Assembly (NCBI GenBank): GCA_963747235.1
Contig: CAVVEU010000008.1
Location: forward strand, 448,001-512,000
Direction of reading: 5' to 3'
DNA: 64,000 nt
DNA from: an uncultured Candidatus Rokubacteria bacterium
GTDB lineage: Bacteria; Methylomirabilota; Methylomirabilia; Rokubacteriales; CSP1-6
The notes beneath the pieces are model-generated. The model ran no database searches, had not been told where the DNA came from, and saw nothing but the letters and a program-made list of their open reading frames with translations. Below, piece after piece: positions 46,238-57,908 of the stretch. A program made the translations under genes and the position numbers. The stretch's first letter is position 1, and the number at the start of each line of letters is the position of its first letter.

Positions 46238-47077
46238 CTAGCCAGCGGGCGCGGTCTTGTCGAGGGGCCGCTCGAAGACCGCCTGGATCGAGACGAGGCG
46301 GTCCTCGTCGCGGTTGCGATGGCCCACGCGGATGATCTCGTCGATGGCGTCGCCCATCACGAGGCGCTGGATGCTGTGCGCGGGAATGCTGGCCGCGGTC
46401 GGCGGGCCCGCGGTCTCCGCGGTCACGTCGTCCCACGCGCGGAGGCGGAAGCCGGCGCCCTCGATCACCGCCTGCATCTCGGCCGGCGTGCGCAGGAAGG
46501 TCGTGGAGGCATCGCGCGCCCACATCACCGGGTAGAGCAGGGGCTCGACCGGGCCGGCCATCGGCTCCTGCAGCGCCAGGAGGCCGCCGGGCCGCAGCAC
46601 CCGGTGGAAGCCCGCGTAGAGGCGCTCCTTGTCCGCGATGCTCATGCCGCTGTTCTGCGTCCACACGAGATCGAAGGTCTCGTCGGGGAAGGGCAGGGCC
46701 AGCGCGTTGCCGATGTGATGGCTCACCCGATCGTCGAGGCGCATCCGCGTGGTCAGCGCCTGCGCGGCGCGCACGTAGGAGGCGGTCAGGTCCACGGTCG
46801 TGACGAGGCAGCCGAACTCCACCGCCAGCGTGCGGGCCGGGCCGCCGAATCCGCCGCCGACGTCGAGCACCTGCATGCCGGGCGCGGCCCCGGCGAGGCG
46901 CGCGAGCCGGTCGGTGGCGGGCTTGCCGCCCCCGTGGAACTGGTCCACCGGCGCCACGGTGTCGGGCGTGAGCGCGTCGAGATCGGCGCCCCGCGCGGTG
47001 AGGGCGGCCAGGATGGCCTCCGCGAGGTTCTCGCGGCCCCAGTAGGTGTCGATCGTCCGCGGGTCGAGCTCGGGCAT
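46238..47077 (-). CDS. Class I SAM methyltransferase (sarcosine/dimethylglycine N-methyltransferase-like)
   Basis: DQFHGGG, VLDVGGGFGGPAR, LPFPDETFD, RVLRPGG. Confidence 0.85.
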   Translation of the reverse strand: MPELDPRTIDTYWGRENLAEAILAALTARGADLDALTPDTVAPVDQFHGGGKPATDRLARLAGAAPGMQVLDVGGGFGGPARTLAVEFGCLVTTVDLTASYVRAAQALTTRMRLDDRVSHHIGNALALPFPDETFDLVWTQNSGMSIADKERLYAGFHRVLRPGGLLALQEPMAGPVEPLLYPVMWARDASTTFLRTPAEMQAVIEGAGFRLRAWDDVTAETAGPPTAASIPAHSIQRLVMGDAIDEIIRVGHRNRDEDRLVSIQAVFERPLDKTAPAG

Positions 47078-47078
47078 G

Positions 47079-47915
47079 TCAGGAGGCGAGCGTGGCCATG
47101 CGGTCGAGGAAGGGCAGCGCGTCGTCGAGACGGCGCGGCGCGACCATGGTGACGCGCGCCACGCCCAGGTCCTCCATGCGCCTCACCGCGTCGGGCGTGG
47201 GCGGCTTGAAGGCGAAGACCGAGACGGCGAGCTCGTCCGGCCGGCGGCCCGCGGCCTGGGCCTTCTGCCGGAGATCGGCGATGGCGGCGGGGAGATCGTC
47301 CAGCAGCACGTCGATCGGGATCCAGCCGTCGCAGTACTCCACCACGCGCGCGCGGCCCTGGGCGGTGGCCCCGCCGAACAGGATCGGCGGATGCGGCGTC
47401 TGGACGGGCTTGGGGAACGAGATCGCGCGGTCGAAGTTGACGAACTCGCCGTGAAACGACGCCTCCTCCTGCGTCCAGAGCGCCTTCATGGCCAGCACGC
47501 GCTCGCGCAGGACGCGCCACCGCGCGGCGAACGGCGTGCCGTGATGCTCCATCTCCTCGCGGTTCCAGCCGCCGCCGATGCCGAAGAGCACGCGGCCGCG
47601 GGAGAGCCAGTCGAGCGTGGCGACCGCCTTGGCCAGCACGATGGGGTCGTGCTCGACCACGAGGCAGATGCCGGTGCCGAGCTTGATCGTCCGCGTCGCG
47701 GCCGCGGCGGCCATCAGCGAGACGAACGGATCGGCCATGTGGTAGTACGGCTTGGGCAGCGGCTCGCCGCCCGGGTAGGGCGTCTGCCGGGCGGCCGGGA
47801 TGTGGGTGTGCTCGCCCACCCAGAAGGACTCGAACCCGCGGTCCTCCGCGGCGCGGGCCAGCTCGTCCGGCCGCGCGCCGTACTCCACGTTGTAGCTGAA
47901 GACGCCGAGGTGCAT
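47079..47915 (-). CDS. LLM-class (F420/FMN-dependent) oxidoreductase
   Basis: GFESFWVGEHTHIP, DPFVSL, GIGGGWNREEMEHHG, PKPVQTPHPP. Confidence 0.9.
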   Translation of the reverse strand: MHLGVFSYNVEYGARPDELARAAEDRGFESFWVGEHTHIPAARQTPYPGGEPLPKPYYHMADPFVSLMAAAAATRTIKLGTGICLVVEHDPIVLAKAVATLDWLSRGRVLFGIGGGWNREEMEHHGTPFAARWRVLRERVLAMKALWTQEEASFHGEFVNFDRAISFPKPVQTPHPPILFGGATAQGRARVVEYCDGWIPIDVLLDDLPAAIADLRQKAQAAGRRPDELAVSVFAFKPPTPDAVRRMEDLGVARVTMVAPRRLDDALPFLDRMATLAS

Positions 47916-47934
47916 CGCCGGCTCCCGGCCGCGC

Positions 47935-48945
47935 CTACCGGCCCCGCCGCACGCGCCCGGGCGCGTAGACCTCGGGGTTGACCACGTTGATCGGGCGCTC
48001 CTTCAGCAGCAGGCGGGCGATCTCCTCGCCGCAGCGCTTCGGCACCTGGGCCACCGCGGGAGAGGAGAAGTAGGCCGCGTGCGGCGTGAGGATCACGTTG
48101 TCCATGCGGCGGAGCGGGCTGTCCGCGGCGAGCGGCTCCTCCTCGAAGACGTCGAGCGCCGCGCCGGCCAGCTTGCCCTCCTGCAGCGCGCGGACGAGGG
48201 CGCCCTCGTCCACCACCGGCCCGCGCGAGGTATTGACGAGGCACGCGGTGGGCTTCATGCGGCGGAAGAAGGCCTCGTTGATCAGGCCGCGCGTCTCCGC
48301 GTTCAGCAGCGCGTGGACCGAGACGTAGTCCGCCCGCGCGGCCAGCGTGGGCAGGTCCACGCGCTCGACGCCGAGCGTCTTGAAGCGGGCGTCGTCCACG
48401 TAGGGGTCGCAGGCGATCACGCGCGTCTCGAGCGCGGCGATCCGGCGGGCGAAGGCGCTGCCGATATTGCCGAGCCCGACGATGCCCACCGTCTCGCCGT
48501 GGAGCGAGCCGGTGACCGCGCCCGGGACCCGCGAGCTCCACGTGCCGGCGTGCACCTCGCGGTCGAGGGTGACGATCTTGCGGTTCCAGGCCAGCAGCAG
48601 CGCGAGGGCGTGGTTGGCGACCTCGCGGATCCAGATGTCGGGCACGTTGATCACCACCACGCCCAGCTCCGTCGCGGCGGGCACGTCGATGACGTCGTAG
48701 CCCACGCCGGTGCGCATGACCGCCTTGACGCCCTCGAGCGCCTCCATCACGCGGCGGGTGACCGGCGAGGACGAGATGATGAGCGCGTCGGCGTCGCGGG
48801 TGCGCGCGATCACCTCGTCGGCGTCGCCGATGAAGGGCAGCGAGATCATCTGGGCGGGCACGCGATCGAGCGCGGTCTGGCAGTCGGCGTAGTCGCGCTC
48901 GCCGCGGCCCTGGATGACGTACACCTTGAACGGTCGGTCGGCCAC
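47935..48945 (-). CDS. D-2-hydroxyacid dehydrogenase (CtBP/SerA-like)
   Basis: GVGYD, GLGNIG, VNTSRGPVVDE, ALDVFEEEP, TPHAA. Confidence 0.92.
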   Translation of the reverse strand: MADRPFKVYVIQGRGERDYADCQTALDRVPAQMISLPFIGDADEVIARTRDADALIISSSPVTRRVMEALEGVKAVMRTGVGYDVIDVPAATELGVVVINVPDIWIREVANHALALLLAWNRKIVTLDREVHAGTWSSRVPGAVTGSLHGETVGIVGLGNIGSAFARRIAALETRVIACDPYVDDARFKTLGVERVDLPTLAARADYVSVHALLNAETRGLINEAFFRRMKPTACLVNTSRGPVVDEGALVRALQEGKLAGAALDVFEEEPLAADSPLRRMDNVILTPHAAYFSSPAVAQVPKRCGEEIARLLLKERPINVVNPEVYAPGRVRRGR

Positions 48946-48983
48946 TGGTCTCTCCGTCGGAATGGGGTGTCGGTCAGAATCGG

Positions 48984-49746
48984 TCAGAATTGGCCGTGGC
49001 GGCCGGCGCCGGCCGCGAAGCGCCGCGCGCCCGCCTGGCTCTCGCCGGTGTCGTGCGTGGCCTTGCCCAGCCTGAACTCGTTGGCCATGGCGGCGGGCAG
49101 GGGCAGGCCCGCGCTCTCCCACGCGGAGCGCCGGTCGCTGCGCACGCAGTGCGGCGGGAAGGCCGCGATGTCCCGCGCCAGCGCTTCCGCCTCGTCGCGG
49201 GCCCGGCCGGCCGGGACCACGCGATTGGCGAGCCCGAAGCCGAGGGCCTCCCGGGCGTCCACCGGGCGGCCGGTCAGGATCATGTCGAGCGCGCGCGACA
49301 GGCCGATCAGCTGGCGGCAGTCTGACCGTGCCGCCGTCGAGCAGGGGCACGCCCCAGCGCCGGCAGAAGACCCCGAAGATCGCGGTGTCGCCGGCCACGC
49401 GCAGATCGCACATCAGCGAGAGCTCGAGCCCGCCCGCCACCGCGTGGCCCTCGACGGCGGCGATCGTCGGCTTCGTGAAGGCCATCCGGGTCGGGCCCAT
49501 GGGTCCCGGGCCCTCCGGCGACAGGGTCAACCCGTTCCCGGTCCCCCGCGCCTTGAGATCCGCGCCCGCGCAGAAGGTGCCGCCCGCGCCCCAGAGCACG
49601 GCGACCCGCAGGGCCTCGTCCCGCTCGAACTCCTCGAAGGCCTCGATCAGGGCCCGCGCCGCGGGCCCGTCCACCGCGTTCCGGGCCTCGGGGCGATCCA
49701 TGACGATCGTCGCCACCATGTCGCTTCGCTCGATCCGAATGGCCAT
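48984..49746 (-). CDS. Enoyl-CoA hydratase/isomerase family protein (frameshift near 49315)
   Basis: RPEARNAVD, FCAGADL, AVAGGLEL, CRRWGVPLLDGGTVRL, GAGRHG. Confidence 0.9.
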
Positions 49747-49869
49747 TGGGTCTCCTCGTGCCGGTCGCGGCCCCGGACGAATCTACCACTTCACCTGGGC
49801 CTCTTTCACAACGGCTCCCGGCCGGGGTCTCACGCGAAAGAAGCGAGACCCATCACCCGGGAGGAAGCC

Positions 49870-50319
49870 ATGAGCGAGAAGGCCACGATGTTGCGGGACG
49901 CGGACCTGGCGTTCGGGGAGCTGCGGGGAGCGATCGACGGGCTGACCGACGAGGACATGCGCCGGGTCTGGCTCGGCACCTGGGGCGTGCGCGAGATCCT
50001 GATCCACATCTCGGGCTGGCACGACGAGATGGCCACCGCGCTCGGCCGGGTCGCGAAGGGGGATGCGCCGTACCCGAAGGGGACGTACGATGACTTCGAT
50101 GCGTGGAACGCGCGATTCGTGGACCAGAAGGCGGGCGTGAAGAGCGCCGACGTGGTGGCCGAGGTGGAGACCTCGCACCGCAAGCTGCTGGCCGCGGCCG
50201 CCGCGCTGCCGGAGGCGCTCTTCGCCGCGGACGGCGCCGCGCGGGGCCCGTTCGACGGGGCCGGCGCCGGGCACTACCGCGAGCACACGGAGCAGATCCG
50301 TCAATGGCGACAGGGCTAG
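49870..50319 (+). CDS. DinB/ClbS/DfsB-like four-helix bundle protein
   Basis: WGVREILIHISGW, FDAWNARFV, HYREH. Confidence 0.75.
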   Translation: MSEKATMLRDADLAFGELRGAIDGLTDEDMRRVWLGTWGVREILIHISGWHDEMATALGRVAKGDAPYPKGTYDDFDAWNARFVDQKAGVKSADVVAEVETSHRKLLAAAAALPEALFAADGAARGPFDGAGAGHYREHTEQIRQWRQG

Positions 50320-50887
50320 CAACCGGCTTCGCGCTCTTCGACACCGCGATCGGCGCGTGCGGGATCGCGTGGAACGGGCGCGGGATCGCGGGCGTGCAGC
50401 TTCCGGAAGGGAGTCCGCCCGAGACGCGGGCCCGGCTGCGGCGGCGCTTCCCGGAGGCGCGCGAGGCGCCGCCGCCCGCGCCGGTGCGGCGGGCCATCGA
50501 CGGCGTGATCGCGCTGCTCCGGGGTGAGCCGTGCGAGCTCGACACCGTGACGCTCGACATGGACGGGGTGCCGCCGTTTCATCGGCGGGTGTACGAAGTC
50601 GCGCGCACGATCCCGCCCGGCACGACGCTGTCCTACGGGGAGATCGCGGCCCGCATGGGCGAGCCGGGCGCCGCGCGCGACGTGGGGCAGGCGCTGGGCC
50701 AGAACCCGTTCGCGATCATCGTGCCGTGCCATCGCGTGCTCGCCGCCAATGGCAAGGTCGGCGGCTTCTCCGCGCGCGGGCGGGGTCAGGACCAAGCTCC
50801 GGCTGATCTCGAGCGAGCGGGCCGGGGGACACGGCGCATTGCCCCTCTTCGGGGGCGGCCACGGACGACCGGCCCCCGTCGCGCTAG
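50304..50887 (+). CDS. ogt: Methylated-DNA-[protein]-cysteine S-methyltransferase (frameshifts near 50780 and 50853)
   Basis: FDTAIG, IPPGTTLSYGEIA, ARDVGQALGQNP, IVPCHRV. Confidence 0.88.
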
Positions 50888-50911
50888 GCCGTCGCGTGCT
50901 AGACTCCCGCC

Positions 50912-51781
50912 GTGCACATCGGCGTGGTGTTCCCGCAGGTCGAGATCGGAGTGGATCCGGGCGCGATCCGTGACTACGCCCAGGCGGTCGAGGCGATGGG
51001 CTACACGCACATCCTCACCTTCGACCACGTGCTGGGCGCGAACCCCGAGCGGCCCGGCGGCTGGAAGGGCCCGTACACCTACCGCCACGCCTTCCACGAG
51101 CCCTTCGTGCTCTTCGGGTTCCTCGCCGCGGCCACCCGCCGCGTGGAGCTGGTCACCGGGATCCTGATCCTGCCCCAGCGGCAGACCGCGCTCGTGGCGA
51201 AGCAGGCCGCCGCGGTGGACGTGCTCTCGGGCGGGCGGCTGCGCCTGGGGGTCGGGGTCGGCTGGAACGCGGTGGAGTTCGAGGCCCTCGGCGAGCGCTT
51301 CACGAATCGCGGGGCGCGCATCGAGGAGCAGATCGCGGTGCTGCGCGCGCTCTGGGCCCGCGACCTGGTGACCATCGAGGGCCAGTGGCACCGGGTCACC
51401 GACGCGGGCCTCAATCCCTTGCCGCCGCGGCCGACGATCCCGATCTGGATGGGCGGCGAGAGCGAGCCCGTCGTGCGCCGCGCGGCGCGGCTGGCGGACG
51501 GGTGGATGCCCCATTTCCGCCCGGGGCCCCCGGCGCAGGCCATCGTGGATCGGCTGCACGGCCTGATCCGGGAGGCCGGACGCGACCCCGCGGCGTTCGG
51601 GATCGAGGGGCGCATGACGCTGGCGCAGGTGCCCCCCGACCAGCGGCCGGCCGAGCTCGCGGCATGGCGCGCGATGCGAGGAATCACGCATCTTTGCGTC
51701 CACACGGTGGGACTGGGCTTGAAGACGCCGGCCGAGCACGTGCAGGCCCTCGAGCGCTTCAAGAAGGACCTGCTGACCTAG
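50912..51781 (+). CDS. LLM-class (F420/FMN-dependent) oxidoreductase
   Basis: IGVVFPQ, FDHVLGA, FHEPFVLF, LPQRQTALVAKQAA, GVGWNAVEFEALG. Confidence 0.9.
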   Translation: MHIGVVFPQVEIGVDPGAIRDYAQAVEAMGYTHILTFDHVLGANPERPGGWKGPYTYRHAFHEPFVLFGFLAAATRRVELVTGILILPQRQTALVAKQAAAVDVLSGGRLRLGVGVGWNAVEFEALGERFTNRGARIEEQIAVLRALWARDLVTIEGQWHRVTDAGLNPLPPRPTIPIWMGGESEPVVRRAARLADGWMPHFRPGPPAQAIVDRLHGLIREAGRDPAAFGIEGRMTLAQVPPDQRPAELAAWRAMRGITHLCVHTVGLGLKTPAEHVQALERFKKDLLT

Positions 51782-51788
51782 GGTCCCG

Positions 51789-52421
51789 ATGCGGGGGGTC
51801 GAGCAGATCCCGTGGCTCTACGACGCGCTCTGCGCCCTGTGCGAAGCCACGGGCCTCGCCCGCTGGCGGAGCTGGCTCGTGGCCGGCGCGCGCGGCCGCG
51901 TGCTCGACCTGGGCTGCGGCACCGGGCGTAACCTGCCGCTCCTGCCGGCGGGTACGCATGCCGTGGGCCTGGAGCCGTCGTGGGAGGCGCTCCAGCGTGC
52001 CCGTCGTCGCGCCCCGCGGGTGCCACTGGTGGTCGGAAGCGCGGAGGCCCTCCCGTTCCGCGACGCGGCCTTCGACACGGTCCTGAGCGGCCTCGTCTTC
52101 TGCAGCGTCCCCGATCCACGCCAGGGTTTGCGTGAGGTCCGGCGTGTGCTGCGGCCGGACGGCCAGCTCCGGATGCTCGAGCACGTGCGCGCGACGCGGG
52201 CGTGGAAGGCGCGGCTCCAGGACCTCCTGCAGCCGGCCTGGACGCGGATCACCGGCGGCTGCCATCCGAACCGCGAGACCGAGCGGGCGGTCGAGGCGGG
52301 CGGCTTCCGGATCGATGCCGAGAGTCGGCGGGCGAAGGGCGACATGCGCCGGTTCTCGGCGCGGCCGATTATCGTAGACCGCCACGGGGCGGGGAACCAC
52401 CGGGCCGGTCCCGGGGTTTAG
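51789..52421 (+). CDS. Class I SAM-dependent methyltransferase
   Basis: VLDLGCGTGRN, AEALPF, LVFCSV, LEHV, GGCHPNR. Confidence 0.88.
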   Translation: MRGVEQIPWLYDALCALCEATGLARWRSWLVAGARGRVLDLGCGTGRNLPLLPAGTHAVGLEPSWEALQRARRRAPRVPLVVGSAEALPFRDAAFDTVLSGLVFCSVPDPRQGLREVRRVLRPDGQLRMLEHVRATRAWKARLQDLLQPAWTRITGGCHPNRETERAVEAGGFRIDAESRRAKGDMRRFSARPIIVDRHGAGNHRAGPGV

Positions 52422-52471
52422 TGCCAGACGTACTCCTTGATCCATCACCGTCACCCACCGAGGAGGAAAGC

Positions 52472-52970
52472 ATGACGAGACAACGACTGCTGTCCCTGGC
52501 CATCGGCACGGCACTGGTCTTCACGGCCGCCACCGCGGGCGCGCAGGCGCCGGCGCCACCGCCGGCCTACGGCCCCGGCATCACGCTCGATCAGGCGAAG
52601 AAGGCGATGGCGGGCGCGGAGGCGGAGGCCAAGAAGAACAACTGGCCGGTGGTGATCACCATTCTCGATTCCGGCGGCAACGCTCGTGATGTCCAGCGCC
52701 TGGACGGCGCCCAGTTCGGCAGCGTCGAGGTGTCACGCGACAAGGCGTACTCCGCGGTGGCGTTCCGCCGGCCCACGAAGGCCTTCGAGGACGGGCTCGC
52801 TCAGGGAGGCGCCAATCTGAGGCTGCTCAATCTGACGGGGCGCAAGCCTGCTTGACGGCGGGTGGCCGATCGTCATGGACGGCAAGATCGTCGGGGGAAT
52901 CGGCGTGTCGGGCGTGACCGGGGCGCAGGACGCTCAGATCGGAAAGGCGGGCGTCGACGCCCTGAAGTAG
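52472..52970 (+). CDS. GlcG/HbpS family heme-binding protein with signal peptide (frameshift near 52840)
   Basis: ITLDQAKK, ILDSGG, KAYSAVAFRRPT, GGWPIVMDGKIVGGIGVSG..QDAQI. Confidence 0.85.
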
Positions 52971-52988
52971 CTTCTCAGCTGTTTCGTG

Positions 52989-53031
52989 CTCACCCCTCAC
53001 CCTGCCCTCTCCCCATCGGGGAGAGGGTGGG
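52989..53031. repeat. boxC-like intergenic palindromic element
   Basis: CCCCTCACCCTGCCCTCTCCCCATCGGGGAGAGGG: pyrimidine tail plus CCCTCTCCCC/GGGGAGAGGG stem, between convergent genes. Confidence 0.6.
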
Positions 53032-53035
53032 GAGG

Positions 53036-54238
53036 TCAGAACTCGACGGGGAGGGCCTTGAGGCCCCGCAGCGTCGAGGACTCGCGCCACTCGAGCTCGG
53101 GGCCGGCGAGCCGGAGCTTCGGCATCCGCCGCATCAGCGCGCCCAGGGCGAGCTGGCCCTCCACGCGGGCCAGCGGCGCGCCCAGGCAGAAGTGGATCCC
53201 GAACCCGAAGGCGATGTGGCGGTTCTCGCTCCGGCCGATGTCCAGCCGGTCGGGCTCGGGGAAGTGCCGCGGATCCCGGTTGGCCGCGCCGATGGCGGTC
53301 ACCACGAAGGCGCCCGCCGGCAGGGTCTTGCCGCCCACCTCCACCTCCGCGTTGGTGATGCGGGCGGTGCGCTGCACGGGGCTGTCGAAGCGGAGCAGCT
53401 CCTCCACCGCGGAGCCGAGCAGCGCCGGCTGCGCGCGCAGGCGCTCGAGCTCGGCGGGGTGCCGCAGCAGGGCCAGCAGGCCGTTGCCGATCAGGTTGAC
53501 GGTGGTCTCGTGGCCCGCGATGAAGAGCAGCACGCAGGTCGCGAGCAGCTCGCCCTCGGTGAGCCGGTCGCCCTGCTCCTCCGCCGCGATCAGCGAGGAC
53601 AGGAGATCGGCGCGCGGGTGCCGGCGCCGCTCGGGCAGGAGCGCGCGGAAGTATTCCGCGATGCCCCGCCGCCCAACGCGCCCGCGCTCGACCACCGAGT
53701 CGTCCGACGGGATCCCGATGGCGTCGAGGCTCCTGATGATGTCGGAGGACCAGTCCCGCATCTGCTCGTGATCGCCGACCGGCACGCCGAGCATGTCGCA
53801 GATCACGGTGACCGGCAGGGGATAGGCCAGATCGCCGATGACGTCCATGTGGCCGCGCCGCTCGACCTGGTCGAGCAGCCGGTCCACCACGGCCTGGATC
53901 TGCCCGCGCATGCCCTCGATCACCCGCGGGGTGAACGCGCGACTGACGAGCGCGCGCAAGCGCGTGTGATCCGGCGGATCGCGAAAGAGCATGGACCGGG
54001 GCAGGCGGCCGGTCTCGGACTCCTCGCCGTACTGGGCGGACAGGATGGCCTCGAAGCCGTCGCGCCCGAAGCGCGGATCGCGCAGCGACGTCACGCAGTC
54101 GTCGTAGCGCGTGAGGACCCAGAGGCCGAGCGGGCTCAGGTGGACCGGATCGCGCTCGCGCAGGCGCTGGTAGAACGGATACGGGTTGGCGTGGAACTCC
54201 GGCGTGAGCGGATTGAAGAGCGCCTCGTCCGTCGCCAT
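53036..54238 (-). CDS. Cytochrome P450
   Basis: DPPDHTRLR, AGHETT, EELLRFDSP, FGFGIHFCLG heme ligand. Confidence 0.95.
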   Translation of the reverse strand: MATDEALFNPLTPEFHANPYPFYQRLRERDPVHLSPLGLWVLTRYDDCVTSLRDPRFGRDGFEAILSAQYGEESETGRLPRSMLFRDPPDHTRLRALVSRAFTPRVIEGMRGQIQAVVDRLLDQVERRGHMDVIGDLAYPLPVTVICDMLGVPVGDHEQMRDWSSDIIRSLDAIGIPSDDSVVERGRVGRRGIAEYFRALLPERRRHPRADLLSSLIAAEEQGDRLTEGELLATCVLLFIAGHETTVNLIGNGLLALLRHPAELERLRAQPALLGSAVEELLRFDSPVQRTARITNAEVEVGGKTLPAGAFVVTAIGAANRDPRHFPEPDRLDIGRSENRHIAFGFGIHFCLGAPLARVEGQLALGALMRRMPKLRLAGPELEWRESSTLRGLKALPVEF

Positions 54239-54245
54239 CGCGCGC

Positions 54246-55241
54246 TCAGCTCACCATCGGGTAGGTGCGCTCGATGTTGGCCAGCAGGCCCTGGCGCCAC
54301 GGCCGGTAGTGCTGATAGGCCGCGAACGCGGGCTCGTAGGTGGGCGCCAGGCGCGCGGTCACGCGCTGCTTGACCTCGTCCAGGCTCGCGCCGGTCGCGG
54401 CTTCCTCGCGCACCGCCGTCACCATGTCGTGGATGTAGCCGCGGAAGGTCCGCAGCCAGTCCCGCCCGGCGGGCTCGCCGTGGCCCATGACGAGCGTGTC
54501 CCAGTCGAGCTCGGCGAGCCGATCCAGGGTCGTGACCCAGTCCTCCGGGTAGCCGTCGCCCATGAACGGCGTCCAGCCGATGACCGCGTCGCCGGTGATG
54601 ACCACCTTCTCCTTCGGCAGGTAGACGAAGACGTCCCCCTCGGTGTGCGCCCGGCCCAGGTAGAGGAGCTGGATCTCCCGGTCGCGCCGGTAGAGCGTCA
54701 TCGTCCGCTCGAAGGCCATGGTGGGGAGCGCGGGCTTCATCGCCCGCACCTCGGCGAGATACGACTCGGCGAGGCGGAGGTCGGCCTGGAGCTTCGCGCG
54801 CTGCTCGGCGGTGGCCGCGGCGGCCAGCTCGGCGCGGAGCCGGGCGATCTCCGTGGGCACCTGCCGCACGTGGTCCTGGATGCGCTTGAGGCCCTTCTTG
54901 ACCATCGCCTCGCGGGTGAGCTGGTTGGTGATGATCTCCGCGCCCGGGTAGGCCGCGGGGTAGACCTCGTTGCCGTGCCAGTGGTCCCAGTGGAAGTGGG
55001 TGTTGACCACGTAGCGCACCGGCCGGGGCGTGAGGTCGCGGAGATGGTCCACGATCACCCGCGCCGCGGAGGGCTTGGAGTGGGTGTCCACGATCACCGC
55101 GCCGTCGTCGCTCTCGATGATCGCGGTGTTGGAGTTGACCTTGTAGGCGGGGGCGGCGACCGCGACGTGGACGCCGTCGGCCACCCGGCGGAAGTCGAAG
55201 CGGGCGTCGCCGCCCGGGCCCTCGTGACCGCAACAGTCCAT
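54246..55241 (-). CDS. MBL-fold metallo-hydrolase
   Basis: [27 protein letters not shown]. Confidence 0.88.
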   Translation of the reverse strand: MDCCGHEGPGGDARFDFRRVADGVHVAVAAPAYKVNSNTAIIESDDGAVIVDTHSKPSAARVIVDHLRDLTPRPVRYVVNTHFHWDHWHGNEVYPAAYPGAEIITNQLTREAMVKKGLKRIQDHVRQVPTEIARLRAELAAAATAEQRAKLQADLRLAESYLAEVRAMKPALPTMAFERTMTLYRRDREIQLLYLGRAHTEGDVFVYLPKEKVVITGDAVIGWTPFMGDGYPEDWVTTLDRLAELDWDTLVMGHGEPAGRDWLRTFRGYIHDMVTAVREEAATGASLDEVKQRVTARLAPTYEPAFAAYQHYRPWRQGLLANIERTYPMVS

Positions 55242-55312
55242 GGCGCGCTCTCCTCTCCCGGCGATACTATGCGAACGCGAGAGACGGCTCAAGCAAGCCA
55301 CGGGGAGGTCCC

Positions 55313-56707
<1,395 letters not shown>

Positions 56708-56714
56708 ACGCCCG

Positions 56715-57902
56715 ATGCCAGATCCGCTCCGGTCCATCTTCGCCGTCTTCCTGCGCCTGGGCCTCACGTCCTTCGGCGGCCCGATCGCGCACCTGGGTTA
56801 CTACCGGACCGAGTTCGTCGAGCGGCGGCGGTGGCTGAGCGAGGCGGCCTACGCGGACCTGGTGGCCCTCTGCCAGCTCCTGCCCGGCCCGGCCAGCAGC
56901 CAGGTGAGCTTCGCGGTGGGCCTCTCGCGCGGCGGGCTCGCGGGCGGGCTGGCCGCCTGGCTCGGCTTCACGCTGCCGTCCGCGGTGGCCATGGTCCTCT
57001 TCGCGCGGGGCGCCGCCCGGTTGACCGGCCCGCTCAGCATCGGGATGCTCCACGGGCTGCAGGTGGTGGCGGTGGCGGTGGTCGCGCAGGCGGTGTGGAG
57101 CATGGCGCGAAGCCTCTGTCCGGATCGGCCCCGGGCCACCATCGCGGTCGTCGCCACGCTCATCGTGACCGCCGCCCCCACCGCGATCGGGCAGATCGCC
57201 GCGATCCTCGCGGGCGCCGCGGCCGGCGCGTGGCTCTGCCGCGAGGCGCCCGCGCGCGCCGCGGCCGAGCGATTGTCGGTGCCGGTGCCGCGCGCCCTCG
57301 CGCTCGCCGCCCTCGCGCTGTTCGCGCTGCTGCTGATCGGGCTGCCCATCGCCGCCGCCGTCTCGTCCGCGCCGGCCCTCGCGGTGGCGGACGCGTTCTA
57401 CCGGGCCGGCGCGCTCGTCTTCGGCGGGGGGCACGTGGTGCTGCCGCTGCTGCACGCCTCGGTGGTGGAGCCCGGCTGGGTGAGCGAGGACGCGTTTCTC
57501 TCCGGCTACGGCGCCGCGCAGGCGGTGCCCGGACCGCTCTTCACCTTCGCGGCCTACCTGGGCGCGATCATGACCGAGCCGCCCGCCGGCTGGCCGGGCG
57601 CGGCGCTGTGCCTGGTCGCGATCTTCCTGCCCGGCCTGCTGCTCGTGCTGGGCGTGCTGCCGTTCTGGGTGTCGCTCGGGCGCGCGGCGCTCATGCCCGC
57701 GAGCCTGCGCGGCGTCAATGCCGCGGTGGTCGGCGTGCTGCTGGGCGCGCTCTACGATCCGGTGTGGACCAAGGGCATCGGGGGACCCGCGGACTTCGCG
57801 CTGGCCCTGGTGGCCTTCGCGCTGCTGGTGATCTGGAAGGCGCCCCCGTGGCTGGTGGTGCTGGTCAGCGCGGCGGGGGGCGCGGCCGTCTTCGGCCGCT
57901 GA
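56715..57902 (+). CDS. chrA: Chromate ion transporter (long-chain CHR)
   Basis: [48 protein letters not shown]. Confidence 0.92.
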   Translation: MPDPLRSIFAVFLRLGLTSFGGPIAHLGYYRTEFVERRRWLSEAAYADLVALCQLLPGPASSQVSFAVGLSRGGLAGGLAAWLGFTLPSAVAMVLFARGAARLTGPLSIGMLHGLQVVAVAVVAQAVWSMARSLCPDRPRATIAVVATLIVTAAPTAIGQIAAILAGAAAGAWLCREAPARAAAERLSVPVPRALALAALALFALLLIGLPIAAAVSSAPALAVADAFYRAGALVFGGGHVVLPLLHASVVEPGWVSEDAFLSGYGAAQAVPGPLFTFAAYLGAIMTEPPAGWPGAALCLVAIFLPGLLLVLGVLPFWVSLGRAALMPASLRGVNAAVVGVLLGALYDPVWTKGIGGPADFALALVAFALLVIWKAPPWLVVLVSAAGGAAVFGR

Positions 57903-57908
57903 GCCGCG

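Noticed and set aside
47935-49746. Enoyl-CoA hydratase-dehydrogenase fusion (603 aa)
   Set aside because: Frameshift near 49315; the hydratase ends at 48984 and the dehydrogenase has its own RBS and GTG
52853-52855. TGA in the GlcG-like gene as a third Sec codon
   Set aside because: Homology continues in a different frame (LLDGGWPIV); the TGA is not at a Cys position and has no matching hairpin
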